Source: Octopus vulgaris (Eukaryota). Taken from it: a DNA stretch of 64,000 nt. Each line of letters starts with the position of its first letter. Within the stretch, counting starts at the first letter, position 1. Location of the stretch: contig OX597822.1 of assembly GCA_951406725.2 (NCBI GenBank), positions 33,356,001 through 33,420,000 on the forward strand, read 5' to 3'. The position numbers and the translations under genes were made by a program. Below are positions 36,354 to 49,105 of the stretch, piece by piece. Below the pieces are notes generated by a model. That model was not told the origin of the DNA, did not search any database, and saw only the letters and a list, made by a program, of their open reading frames with translations.

Positions 36354-36355
<2 letters not shown>
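35974..36355 (-). mobile_element. Probable RTE-related non-autonomous element in a (TA)n site
   Basis: A GC-richer 380-bp block bounded by (TA)n on both sides. Its end ggccatactcgattacgagggggaagccatcat resembles the RTE tail at 6323-6355. Confidence 0.4.
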
Positions 36356-36388
<33 letters not shown>

Positions 36389-37867
36389 CAAATATAAAAA
36401 AACTTTACACTCATTATTATAGTAGGAGATGCTAGTGTACACTCAGATACAGAAAAAGAATATGCTGCACACATTGTCTTAAGAGAGAAAAATCCACCTT
36501 GTATATCTTTCCATGTCTGAATGTATATGAACACATTAGAGACATATGTTGTAGAAAGAAAAATAGTTCCTATGAAAAATACACCATTCGGCTATGAATG
36601 ATGTCACTGGACCATAGGACACGTGTTTGTGTGACATTGCTTTACGGATACAGAGTTGTTCATAGCCACTTAGAACTTGTTTGTTCTTATATTGGAACAG
36701 CAAATGGTAGATTTGCTGATGTGCACAAAGCTTTGTCAAGCTGTAATTAATTAATAAGAGGTGAACTATATCACACTGAATGAAATATAGGTGAGTACAA
36801 TCATATTTAATATGTTTGTGAACAATACATCATATAAATTGTCTTCTTCAGAAAGAAAATTCTCCTGGTATACTTTTGTATGCTTGTATGTACATGGACG
36901 TGTTAAATACAATTGAACACACCCCCATTTCATTCAACGGTGTTTAGTATGTCTCTAATTAATAATTATCATTTTTCCCGGTGAAATATAATGTAATTTA
37001 TTCAAACATTAAAACAAACATATAACTTCTTTTTTTTTTTCTTTGTTGGTCTTCTGAAATTATGCTTTCTTAATATGGCCTTGATCCCTGTCATTTACAA
37101 CAAGTGTTCCAGTAGATTCAATCAATGAGACAGCCTGCTCATGAAATTAATGTGCAAGTGGCTGAGCACTCCACAGACATGTATATGCTTAATGCAGTTC
37201 TCAGTGAAATTCAGCGTGACACGCTGAATGTGACGAGGCTGGCCCACTGAACCACTGGTATGGTACAACTCAGTTTTGTCAACTGAGTGAATTGGAGTAA
37301 CAAGAAACAAAGTGTCTTGCTCAAGGACACCCGGTGCCACTGGGAATTGAACTCGCAATCTTACAATTGTGAGCCAATTGCCTTACCCACTTAGCCACAC
37401 ACCTTCACTATCTAATGTACTGGAATCCAAGAAACAGAAAAACTTGTAAGTGTCTCACATTAACACATTATTCGATAGAGGATTCTCAGGGTGGTTGTAT
37501 AAAAAGAAACTGATATTTCTCTTAGTGGCAAAAATGCAAAATTTTGTTCCAGAATCAGTTTTGTAAGAAAATAATTCTTCAGCTTGGAACATTTTAAAAT
37601 AATATGAATAGTTTGATCAGATATCAGAAGACTTTTGAAGAAGCTACCTTTCAAAGAGTTAAGAGCAGGATTCCACAGAGAAATACCACCCTTCAGAATA
37701 ATATTCTTCAGAAATAGACAACGGAACAAATATATACTCACTCTTATTTCATCCTAAAATACTATGTGTGAGTATACACATGCATCTAAATACACACACA
37801 CTTATATATTAAGAGGTAGTTGATAAGTAGGAAAAGAAAAAGCACTCTCAATATGAGAAATAGAATA

Positions 37868-38453
37868 CAGTAATCCATCAACAATCACGGGTGTTACATT
37901 CCCAAACCCCCCATGATAGGTGAAAATCTGCAAAGTAGAACTAGTACTGTACTGAGAGTTTTCAGTTCGAATCGCAGGTGTCTCGAGATGTGCTAGAGAA
38001 TTTCTATTTTGGATATATTTGGGGTACTTAATTGTGCTCATGACTTAGTGTTTGCTTCTTCCATGGGTATAAGTAAGTATTTCATTTATTCTTTTGCTGC
38101 ATTAATCACTGATGAAGAGAAGGTTCTTATGAATTAACTCTGAAATCAGGTCCGATATGGTAATAACGGAATTTTTTAGAAATTTCTGTCGGCTTTCTTC
38201 AAGACACGTACTTATAGTGATAAATTATATGGTTACTGGCGAAGTGTCTATTTTCAGCATATTTGGCATTAGAAATTTTTTCTTTTGCCCTTGTTTATAA
38301 GTTATATATATATATTTTACTTTTATAATTTGTATATATTTTATTTTATTATAAATGCCAAACAACACCACGGAGGAATCGACATAAGCTTAAATAATAA
38401 AGTGTGATAGGTGAATCATGATAGGTGAACCACAATATGTCATGGAATTACTA
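37868..38453. mobile_element. pogo/Tigger-like MITE interrupted by a Penelope-like remnant
   Basis: ta|cagtaatccatcaacaatcacgg ... ccacaatatgtcatggaattacta|ta, with a repeated subterminal motif gataggtgaa. Confidence 0.6.
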
Positions 38454-38455
38454 TA

Positions 38456-38700
38456 ATCATATTTCTACTAAATACGTTGGGTGGAGCACCAACTTGTTGA
38501 AACCAACAATCATTCAAATCTACATTCAACCTCTGGACCTGTAGAACCCTGTAGAACAAACCAGACATGACACAGCATCATTTTGTGCCACGAAAATAAT
38601 GGCATTCATACAGACCTTCTCACTGTGTGACAGTGTCAGTGAAAATGAATATACTAAAACCAGTAAAAGTACTTGATATTATCATATTGTTCTTATTACT
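38456..38700 (-). pseudogene. Highly decayed Tc1/mariner-type transposase fragment
   Basis: Translates LNVDLNDCWFQQVGAPP, similar to the WFQQDGAPPH catalytic-Asp motif. Flanks are disrupted. Confidence 0.4.
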
Positions 38701-39617
38701 TCTGGGTAGTGGGTGACCAGACTTTCACACTACCCTGTACTTTGTCACATACAATGACTGCTTCAACAGATCTGAAAATTGAATAATTTAGTTCAAGAGG
38801 GAACTGTCTGTATTGCTCTGCCTGCATTATTGAAATACCTCACATACAAAGATGCACCCAGATACCTGGCTGGAACCATAACAATAACCAAATCTAAATA
38901 TTTTCATGCGGAATACCTCATAATAGAAATTCACCTAAACCTATGCTGGCATTGGCAAAATAAATGTAAAAATATGTTTTTTGTTTTTATCTAGTGCTGG
39001 CTAATTCATGTGCATTAATTATAATAAAAGATCTATTTTGCGTGTTCTAAGGATGCACAAGGTCACCTAGAGTTACATTTGGTGTTTACAAAGGTCAAAA
39101 AGAAAGAAAAAAAATAAACAAAACAAAGCAAAAACAAATTAAAAATGCACAGGTTAAGTGTTACAATGACATGAAAATTTTGATTATTAGAAAAAATTAA
39201 TATAATTTTAAAAAAAGCAACATGAAAAACAAAGGAGAGAAATAACAAATAACAACAATGATGATGATGATGATGCTGATAATGATGACAGTGATGATGA
39301 TAATAACAACAACAATAATAACAATGATGATGATAACAACAACAGCAACAATAATAATTCTGTCCATTAGCAACGAGAACGTCTTTATAAAACAGTTTGG
39401 AAATACGGATAAAAATTTACAAATAATGGACCAAAAAAATTTAAACGCTATTTAAATTTGAATATGTTATGCATAAACATTTAAATATTTAAAAGGCAAA
39501 AATATTACGTAAAGTTCAGAAATAACTTATTTAGTAGAAATCTAAATCAAAAAGAAAATGTCTCTTTTAATACAATATATCAAAACTTTCAGTCAAGATA
39601 TTCTTCAAAATCATTAC

Positions 39618-39779
39618 AGGCACAGGTGTGGCTGTGTGGTAAGTAGCTTGCTTACCAACCACATGGTTCTGGGTTCATTCCTACTGTGTGGCACCTTGAG
39701 TGAGTGTCTTCTACTATAGCCTCGGGCCGATCAAAGCCTTGTGAATGGATTTGGTAGACAGAAACTGAAAGAAGCCCAT

Positions 39780-39837
<58 letters not shown>

Positions 39838-40056
39838 TATGGGTGTGTATACGTTTTTGTGTCTGTGTTTGTCCCCAAACATCGCTTGATAACCGATGCT
39901 GGTGTGTTTACATTCCCGTATCTTAGCAGTTTGGCAAAAGAGACCGATAGAATAAGTACTAGGCTTACAAAGAATAAGTCCTGGGGTCGATTTGCTCGAC
40001 TAAAGGCATGCTCCAGCATGGCCACAGTCAAATGACTGAAACAAGTAAAAGAGAGA
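39618..40056 (+). mobile_element. SINE family A, full length
   Basis: Complete head, core and tail. Further copies at 31612-31915, 40428-40850, 42253-42673, 45272-45681 and 63870-63970 (+), and 47525-47915 and 62085-62462 (-). Confidence 0.88.
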
Positions 40057-40591
40057 GTAATCAAACGAGATTTCTTTAAACTTAAATATTACCTAGTAGA
40101 TTAGGCAGCTAAGAATAGTCCATAATAGTTAACCACACCTGGCAAAATTATATATCTTTTACAAACACACAGGTACTCATACTCACACACACAAATGCAC
40201 AGAGTTATTGTCAACGAATTTTACTCACAAGGCATTGGTTATCCAAGGACTGTCAAGACACTTGACAAAGAAGCTGCACAATGGGACGGAACCCAAAAAC
40301 CACATGACTGCAAACAGAGCCTCTTAACGACATAACCATGCCTGCACGCTTTTACACATACACTGCACATTGACACAAATGCACACACATATACACAAGC
40401 ATATATATATGTGCATGTGTGTGTGTGTGGCTGTGTGGTAAGAAGCTTGCTTCCCAACCACATGGCTCCAGGTTCAGTCCCACTGTGTGGCACCTTGGGT
40501 GTCTTCTACAATAGTCTTGAGCCGACCAGAGCCTTGTGAATGGATTTAGTAGACAGAACCTGAAAGAAGACCATCATGTGTGTGTGTATGG

Positions 40592-40623
<32 letters not shown>

Positions 40624-43007
40624 CTGTATGTGTGAATGCCTTTCTCTCTGTGTCTGTCCCCTCATCATCATTTGACAACCGGTGTTGGTGTGTTTATATC
40701 CCCATAACTTAGCAGTTCAGCAAAAGAGACCAATAGAATAAGTACTAAACTTTAAAAAATAAGTCCCTGGCAAGGGGCAGCGATTTTTGTTCAACTAGAT
40801 TCCGTCAAGGTGGTGCCCCAACATGACCACAGTCAAAATGACTGAAACAAGTGCAACCCATGGTAGGATGCACAACGGACATTAAATGATGATGATGATG
40901 AAGAATAAAAGAATACCTTTCAGTATATTATTGCAAGTCTTGTACTCTTGTAATATATATTTCTGTAAGGAGGAATCATTTTTTCTTTGAAACATATTAC
41001 AGTAAAAACATGACTGTGTTTGAGTTCCATCTTCTATATCAATAATTTTCCATATTCCCTTAGTAACACTTAATGTTAAATTAGTAACAATAGCACTCCT
41101 AAATCCATTAGTCCATTACCATTTCAAGACTCTTGTGGTCTAATTAGCAAAATGAAATGGTAATAATGACAGCCGGTTGTTCATGCATTTTGCAGTAGCA
41201 TGCAAATGGTCAAGAGAATACTAACAGAACTAATGAAGTCATTGATGCCATATATATATATCCTCCTCATCGTTGTTTTAATGTCCACATTTCTATGTTT
41301 GCAGAGCTAAGATGGAATTTGTTGAAAGAAATCTTTTTGTTTTTCTTATGCCCTTTCTGTCATATGTTTCCAAGAAAGGTAATATGTCTTCAGAGCCAGA
41401 CATACTCACTTCCAATCATGGATGATCGGAAAGAAACGACACCACTGCCGTGACAGTGATGCTTGTTTACAACTGTTGTGTAATGTCAAGTCAAAGGGGC
41501 ACAAACACACAAACCCACATACACATACTGACACAGACACTAACCCACCTACCTACTCCTCCACACACACACACACATATATAAATATAAGTACACATAT
41601 ATATGATGGACTTCTAGCAAATCCACTCATAAGGTTTTGGTTGACCTGGGGCTATAATAGAAATCACTTGCCAAAGGTGCAATACAGTGGGATTGAACAC
41701 AGAACCATGTCATTGGGAAGGAAACATCTTAGCCACACAGTCATGCTTCAGACCTCTTACATCATCATGAACATCATTTAACAGCCATCTTCCACACCAG
41801 AATAGACTGGGCAGTTCAAGAAGACCCAACAAATCAGAAGACATTGTTGAACTCCAGTGTCTCCTTTTAAAAGGTTTCTATGGCTGGATGCCCTGCCTAA
41901 TGCCAACTGCTTTACAGGGTTTACGGAGCGGGGGTTTATTTCCTTTTGTTCTTAACACTGACACTAGTGAGGTTTCTATGTAGCTCGCACGACAAAATAA
42001 ATTCCCTCTCCACTGAGTGGGACAGGAAGATGGCTTTATGACACATGTTAAGATGCTGTAGTATGACAGAGGGACAGAACCAGGTGTCTTACGATAGTTA
42101 AAATACATGGTTTCCTGACATTATATAAGGGTGAGTGGGAAGAGCTGGAAAGAGAGGTAAGATGGTAGAGACACTCTGGCAGAACTTACCCTCAAAGTAA
42201 CACACATACACAGAGGTGTTAACCTCTGGGTTTCAAAATAATCAGAATATCATAGACGTAGGAGTGGCTTTGTGGTAAGTAGCTTGCTTACCAACCACAT
42301 GGTTCTGGGTTCAGTCCCACTGCGTGGCACCTTGGGCAAGTGTCTTCTACTATTGCCTCGGGCAGACCAAAACCTTGTGAGTGGATTTGGTAGACAGAAA
42401 CTGAAAGAAGCTCGTCGTATATATGTATATGTATATATATGTGTGAGTGTGTTTGTGTGTCTGTGTTTGTCCCCCCCACCACCAACATTGCTTGACGACC
42501 GATGCTGGTGAGTTTATGTCCCCGTAACTTAGCGGTTCGGCAAAAGAGAGAGACCGATAGAATAAGTACTGGGCTTACAAAGAATAGGTCCTGGGGTCGA
42601 TTTACTCGACAAAAGGCGATGCCCCAGCATGGCCACAGTCAAATGACTGAAACAAGTAAAAGAGTAAAAGAGAGTATACACTCCATACAGATACAATAGA
42701 CCCATTCTCCTACTTGCTACGTTGTGATGGTAATTCCTTCAAAATGTATCTACACATAAAGATATCCTATTCTACTAACATTGTTGGTACCATTCAAAAC
42801 GTTTTGTTCTTTACAGACAATACACAATGCTTCAAGCGAACTACAATACTCGCTTATATATATATGAGTTTGAAGGGATTTATCATACAGGTGGATACTG
42901 TATTAGCTCTCAGTTAATGACTAACCACAACAAATAGTCTCTAATGTCTGTGACTACAATTAGTTGTTAGTCATTCCATGAATTCTTCAAGGATGACCAA
43001 ATGGACA

Positions 43008-43091
43008 GACCCTGATGAAGTTACACTGGCAAAATTGCATGGTTGCATTCGCAACAGTGAGTAGTCGCTGCAACAGAAACATGTGTAGGTC
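43008..43091 (+). ncRNA. Minimal type-I hammerhead ribozyme-like motif (Penelope-like element remnant)
   Basis: gacc-CTGATGA-agttaca...tgcaaca-GAAAC-atgt-GTA-ggtc. Intact core boxes, stem I gacc/ggtc, short stem III, imperfect stem II. Confidence 0.55.
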
Positions 43092-43162
43092 ACTATAGCA
43101 TGCTGTATATAACTGTAAAATAAATTTTGTGGGTGTACAAGTCTCCATACTCTATATTCTTA

Positions 43163-43211
<49 letters not shown>

Positions 43212-43288
43212 AGATAGGGGAGTATATATGTATATATGCACTCATATTTATATTTATATGTAAATGATTTTTGGTATGTACTCATACT

Positions 43289-43419
43289 TACATTAGAATC
43301 TCCGAAGAGGCCGTAAGATATTTTTGTTAATGTCTCATTTATACCTGCAATATATGGCTAATATAGGTTAAATGAGACATACCTCTCTCATGGCCGAAAC
43401 AGCTGTCAGTTATAATGTA
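43289..43419 (+). ncRNA. Minimal type-I hammerhead ribozyme-like motif with U4>C (Penelope-like element remnant)
   Basis: tacattagaatct-CCGAAGA-ggccg[long hairpin atgtctcattta/taaatgagacat]tggcc-GAAAC-agct-GTC-agttataatgta. Stem III is palindromic (acagctgt). Confidence 0.6.
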
Positions 43420-43599
43420 TATGTATTTTTATATCTTGTTATTTTATTTAGTTATATCTCATTATATTGATTGTAATTATTGTACTGTATTAATGTCTAA
43501 TCTTAATGCTCTTGTGTAGTGTTTTAATAAAGTATATGATTCGGTATTATCTGATAGTTGATGAATGATTTAGATATATTTCTCCATTTTCTTATTTTG

Positions 43600-43639
<40 letters not shown>

Positions 43640-43642
<3 letters not shown>

Positions 43643-43822
43643 AGATTGTTAGCCACTACACGCATTTTTTTTCTCTCCTTGTTTTTTCTGTGTCCCTTTC
43701 TGTAGAAGAGCGTAGGCTCGAAATGTAAAAGACTTTTTCTATTCCTGAGCGTTATACTAATACATCTGTTTGTTTTGTACACCACCCATCTTTGTCTTTT
43801 GTTTTTTTTTTCCATAAACTCT

Positions 43823-43826
<4 letters not shown>
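43640..43826 (+). mobile_element. Penelope-like terminal-repeat remnant in (TA)n; copies at 44490-44660 and 56760-56955
   Basis: tagccactacac...ctttctgtagaagagcgtaggctcgaaatgtaaaagact... Three similar copies, each with a gagc/gctc-gaaa hammerhead-like remnant. Confidence 0.6.
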
Positions 43827-43868
<42 letters not shown>

Positions 43869-43905
43869 TTAATTATTCATAAACATATACATATATAGTC
43901 ATAGC

Positions 43906-43959
<54 letters not shown>

Positions 43960-44352
43960 TATATATGTACGCAAACACAAACATACACACGTATACACAC
44001 ACAAACAGATGACTGACAGACATACAGGCAGACACATAGATATGAAACAAGGGAAGCTTATGATAAATCTTGAACATATGTCAGCAAATCATTTAATAAA
44101 TGCTGCTTAGGCTGTTTGTTCTATTAGACAGATGTCATTTTGCAAAGCCAAATGTCATGATTTTGCATTATTGCACTTAGTACTATAGAGGCTTTTATGC
44201 AATAGTGATAATGGCCGTAGTGAAAGCAGCACATTAATCAGCTGGGCTCAGAAGTCATTCACTTTTTACTTTGCAGGTCATTAACAAGCAATTGTCAAAC
44301 GCACTACTCACTTGATTTATATACATACATACACATATATCTATATACATAC

Positions 44353-44418
<66 letters not shown>

Positions 44419-45167
44419 TTGTATGTATATATACATACATTACATATACATACATACATACATACATACATACATACATACATACATAGATCGCTAGCCA
44501 CTACACATTCTTTATTTTCTCTCGTTGTTTCTTTCTGTGTTCCTTTCTGTGGAAGAGCGTATGCTCGAAATGTTAAAGACTTTTTCACTTCCCGAGCATT
44601 ATACTAATTAATCTGTTTGTTGTCTACACCACCTGTCTTTGTCTTTTGTGAATTCCCCCTACATATATACATACATATATACATACTTATATACATATAC
44701 ATACATACACACATACATATATATAAACAGACACACATATGCATGCATAAATAATAAACGTGTGTGTGTGTGTGCATGTGTTTGTCTTATATTGTGGTAG
44801 AATCCGTATTAGGTTAAAACAACCATCTATATATCATACAAGCTAGAAGCATTTCAGCCAGGTACCTATTCACATTAGCAGTGGCTGTTTTATTCAGTAC
44901 TTCCTGTATATCAGAAGCAACAATTGTTGTCTAGGCATGTCGTTGGCTTGAAGCACATGTCATTGACAAGGCCCCACATGGATCAAAATGCTTCTGATAT
45001 TCTGACTAGCCAATGCTGGCAGGATTCTTGTCTGTCTTGATATATATTGCATTTTTAAGCACAGTAGATCAATAAGAGATGTTATCTCAGGATGAAAACT
45101 GCAGTAAATCTGCCTTTCAAAGATGTAAATACATCATTGATCAGTATGATACATAGATACAAGTATA

Positions 45168-45271
45168 TATGAGGCGAGTGCTGGGAAGTTCCTGGCTTTG
45201 GGTAAAAGAAAATACAGGAGGATCAGTTGTGATTTTATTCAACATATTTCCCTCTCAGATTCATACACTTA
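45168..45271 (+). mobile_element. mariner-like terminal fragment truncated by a SINE
   Basis: ta-tgaggcgagtgctgggaagttcctggcttt resembles a TA-CGAGGG...AAAAGTT mariner TIR. No partner TIR found. Confidence 0.4.
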
Positions 45272-45955
45272 TAGGCACAGGAGTGGCTGTGTGGTAAGTA
45301 GCTTGTTTACCAACCACATGGTTCCGGGTTCAGTCTCACTGCGTAGCATCTTGGGCAAGTGTCTTCTACTCTAGCCTCGGGCCGACCAAAACCTTGTGAG
45401 TGGATTTGGTAGACGGAAACTGAAAGAAGCCCGTCGTATATATGTATATATATAAATGTGTGTGTGTGTGTTTGTGTGTCTGTGTTTGTCCCCCTAGCAT
45501 TGCTTGACAACCAATGCTGGTGTGTTTATGTCCCCGTTACTTAGCGGTTCGGCAAAAGAGACCGATAGAATATGTACTGGGCTTACAAAAGAATAAGTCC
45601 CGGGGTCGAGTTGCTCGATTAAAGGCGGTGCTCCAGCATGGCTGCAGTCAAATGACTGAAACAAGTAAAAGAGTAAAAGAGTTATTGCAGTGCTCCTTCA
45701 GTTTTTCTAAGCCCTGTAAAAGAACTCGGAAGGTTGGACCTCTAACCAGGCCTTTCACGATACATTTACAGGAACTTTTCAGCAACCCCTTGTATATATG
45801 TATATGCAGGGACCTCAGGTGATATTTGATAAATTTTATGTCCTCCTTTTTCAGAAATAGTGTGATGTATTAGTCAATAGTCATGGAATGCAATATATGT
45901 ACATGTATGTTTGCATATGTATGTGTTGTGTATATATATATACACATATAAACGT

Positions 45956-46337
45956 GGAGGCGCAATGGCCCAGTGGTTAGGGCAGCGGACTCACGGTCGT
46001 AGGATCGCAGTCTCGATTCCCAGACCGCGCGTTGTGAGTGTTTATTGAGAGAAAACACCTAAAGCTCCACGAGGCTCTGGCAGGGGATGGTGGTGATCCC
46101 TGCTGTGCTCTTTCACCACAACTTTCTCTCACTCTTACTTTCTGTTTCTGTTGTACCTGTATTTCAAAGGGCCGGCCTTGTCACTCTCTGTGTCATGCTG
46201 AATATCCCCGAGAACTACGTTAAGGGTACACGTGTCTGTGGAGTGCTCAGCCACTTACATGTTAATTTCACGAGCAGGCTGTTCCGTTGATTGGATCAAC
46301 CGGAACCCTCGTCGTCGTAACTGACGGAGTGCTTCCA
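45956..46337 (+). mobile_element. tRNA-derived SINE, family E
   Basis: Head ggaggcgcaatggcccagtggttagggcagcggac...tcgattccc. The block gtgtctgtggagtgctcagccacttacatgttaatttcacgagcaggctg is shared with 23570-23870 (+) and 37100-37410 (-). Confidence 0.8.
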
Positions 46338-46763
46338 TCCACATATAAACACACTCACTCAGAGAAATAAATGGAGAGACAGAGAGAGAGAGAGAGTACA
46401 AAACAGAATTCGAGACGGCTGTCAATTTATAATTAACCTTCAAAAAAAATATAGAAGCTTAAACTAAGAAATTTTACATATAAAGCATGGGTTGTTCGTT
46501 TGTTTTACAGACATAATAGAACGGCACTCAATTATGGCTGCTGCTGTTGCTATTGCAGCAGCAACAACAAAAACAACAATAAAAACATCAACAACATTAA
46601 CAATAACATCAATAACAACAACAACATTAACAACAACAACAACAGATCAAATATATAAGAATTTAATACGCCAGTTAGTAAACATCAATGTAAATCTATT
46701 GAGTTAACAGATTTATGAGAGATAACCAGATAACCTTAACGAACAATCTGTCTCTTTTAATAG

Positions 46764-46815
<52 letters not shown>

Positions 46816-46930
46816 TAAATAATGTGGTTTAAAGCTTATGGGAAAATTATAAAACATTGTTCAATTAACATGAAGGATGAAAAACAATCTGAAGATATAG
46901 GACCTTTACCTTTTATCTAAATGAAGACGG

Positions 46931-47157
46931 GAGAGAATGAGAGAGAGAGAGAGAGAGCATGCGAGAGAGAGAGTATGAGTGAGAGAGAGTATGAGTGAGA
47001 GAGAGTATGAGTGAGAGAGAGTATGAGTGAGAGAGAGTATGAGTGAGAGAGAGTATGAGTGAGAGAGAGTGTGAGAGAGAGAGAGTATGAGTGCAAGAGA
47101 GTATGAGTGCAAGAGAGTATGAGTGAGAGAGAGTATGAGTGAGAGAGAGGGTGTGAG
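46931..47157. repeat. 16-bp tandem repeat (gagagagagtatgagt)n grown from a (GA)n tract
   Basis: About 11 visible units. Confidence 0.92.
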
Positions 47158-47732
47158 TGGTGTTATTGGTTCTGCCTTTTTAATACTTGTCCACAACAAA
47201 AGTAATAACACCAACTTACCTTCCCTTGTTTGGATCAAAGGATCAATACCTTAGAATCTCACCAAATCTCACATACCTTCACCAAATTCTTGAGATAACA
47301 AAATAATTACATGATGGAGTTGATCAAATAAACCCCAGAGGGATGAAAAGTAAATGTAGACCTTGACAGGGTTTCAAATCAAGAAGTAATGAGCCAGAAT
47401 AAATATCACAAGGAATTTTGTCTAATATATAAATAATTTTCTGCTACATCGCCTCCCATAATGCCTTATTAATAACAATGACAACAACAACAATAGTTTC
47501 TCATTTGGGCATAACTCTGTGTTTATTTTTCTTGTTTCAGTCATTTGACTGTGGCCATGTTGGAGCACCGCCTTTAGTCGACCAACTCAACCCCAGGACT
47601 TAATTCTTTGTAAGTCTAGTACTTATTCTATCGGACTCTTTTGCTGAACCGCTAAGTTACAGGGACGTAAACACACCAGTATTAGTTGTCAAGCGATGTT
47701 GGGTGGACAAACACAGACACACACAAACATAT

Positions 47733-47772
<40 letters not shown>

Positions 47773-48438
47773 CATATATACGATGGGCTTCTTTCAGTTT
47801 CCGTCTACCAAATCCACTCAGAAGGCTTTGGTCAGCCCGGGGCTATAGTAGAAGACACTTGCCCAAGGTGCCATGCAGTGGGGCTGAACCCAGAACCATT
47901 TGGTTCGTTAACAAGCTGGCCAATAATTCTGATAAAAATGGGGACTTCAATATCAACAACTCTAATACTCAACTGGTATTTTATTTAATTGGTCCCTTGT
48001 AAAGAGAGGAAAAGTAAAATTGGCCTCAGCAGGATTTGAACTTGGAATGAAAAGAGTCAAAATGAATACTACAAATCATTTTGATGCTTTAACAATTCAG
48101 CCAGCTCAATCTATTAATAACAACAATTTCTAATAAAATCTTAAGTCCTCAAATTCTGAGGAAAGAACAGTCAATTCTACTGATCCCAGTACTTGACAGG
48201 TACTTTAATTCACTGTCCCTTGAAAGATGAAAGCTAAATTCTACCTTGGTTTGATTTCAACTCAGAATGTGAAAAACCAAATTTAATGTCATTAATATAA
48301 TCTTATCATAAGAATAAGCAAATCAATACAGTGATAGAAAATCATTTTGTGATCATGGCCAAGTTATTTAGTGCCAATGGCCAACACCACTTACCTATCA
48401 TAAACGGTTGGTGCAGGATGGTATAATTTCACTGCTAC

Positions 48439-49105
48439 TTTTTTTTTTTTACTATTTTTTATGATTTTGTCCCGAACATGGCTTGAAGCCAGTGTAGCAT
48501 ATGGGGACAACAAAGAAAGGAAAGAAGGGGCCTGTGAATTCAAATGATGTAGATTAACAGAAAGCTTAAAGGGAATCATTAACATAGACCAGAGGAAAAC
48601 AAGACAATGGTATTGAATTCCAAAGAGCGGCAGTTTGAAGGAAGAAGCTGGCAGAATAAAAGAACTTATGATTAATAGAGGTTCAACAGAGAAGTAATAC
48701 ACCTGGGAAGAGAAGGCTTTGGTACAGGGTACTAGACTAGAAAGTCCATCAGAGCAATAACTATGAAGATACATTTTGACAATAGGCCAAAGACACCAGC
48801 ATAGTAAAAAGAAGAAGAGGCACTATTTTAACAACTCAATTCTGAATTCATTCACTAAAGTTAAGCCATTAAATCGATGCACTATCCCAAAGATAATAGC
48901 AACATTTAATGCAAGGCCCCAAATGTTGTCCTTATAGAGATACAAGACACTTGTTGAATAACTCTGTAAATCCAAGCTTAATTCCTCCCAATGGAAAGGC
49001 TAACAACAGACAACAATCAGTCTGTAGAAAAACTGAAAAGAACCAGCTCCAAGGATTCTTTGGTTTAGAAAGAGATAAACTTTCTACTTTGGATCTTCCA
49101 AAATG
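48439..49105 (-). mobile_element. Decayed LINE 3' end with poly(A) (CR1/Jockey group)
   Basis: Fragments YLHSYCSDGLSSLVP, FYSASFFLQTAALWNSIPLSCFPLVY and FKLSVNLHHL across frameshifts. The poly(A) tail appears as T-run 48439-48450. Confidence 0.65.

Noticed and set aside
40917-40962. 46-nt candidate exon (ttacag|...|gtattc, KYILQEYKTCNNILK)
   Set aside because: Open only from phase 0, so it is incompatible with the phase-1 chain of the 9-nt candidate, and its donor is formed by a SINE tail. Cannot be fully excluded without transcripts.
45956-46030. tRNA genes (also at 30182 and at the heads of families A and B)
   Set aside because: The A/B boxes run on into SINE bodies present in several copies, and there is no intact cloverleaf. 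These are SINE heads.
46910-46916. 7-nt candidate microexon (catttag|ATAAAAG|gtaaag)
   Set aside because: Frame-shifting, and the pyrimidine tract is just a (TC)n microsatellite.
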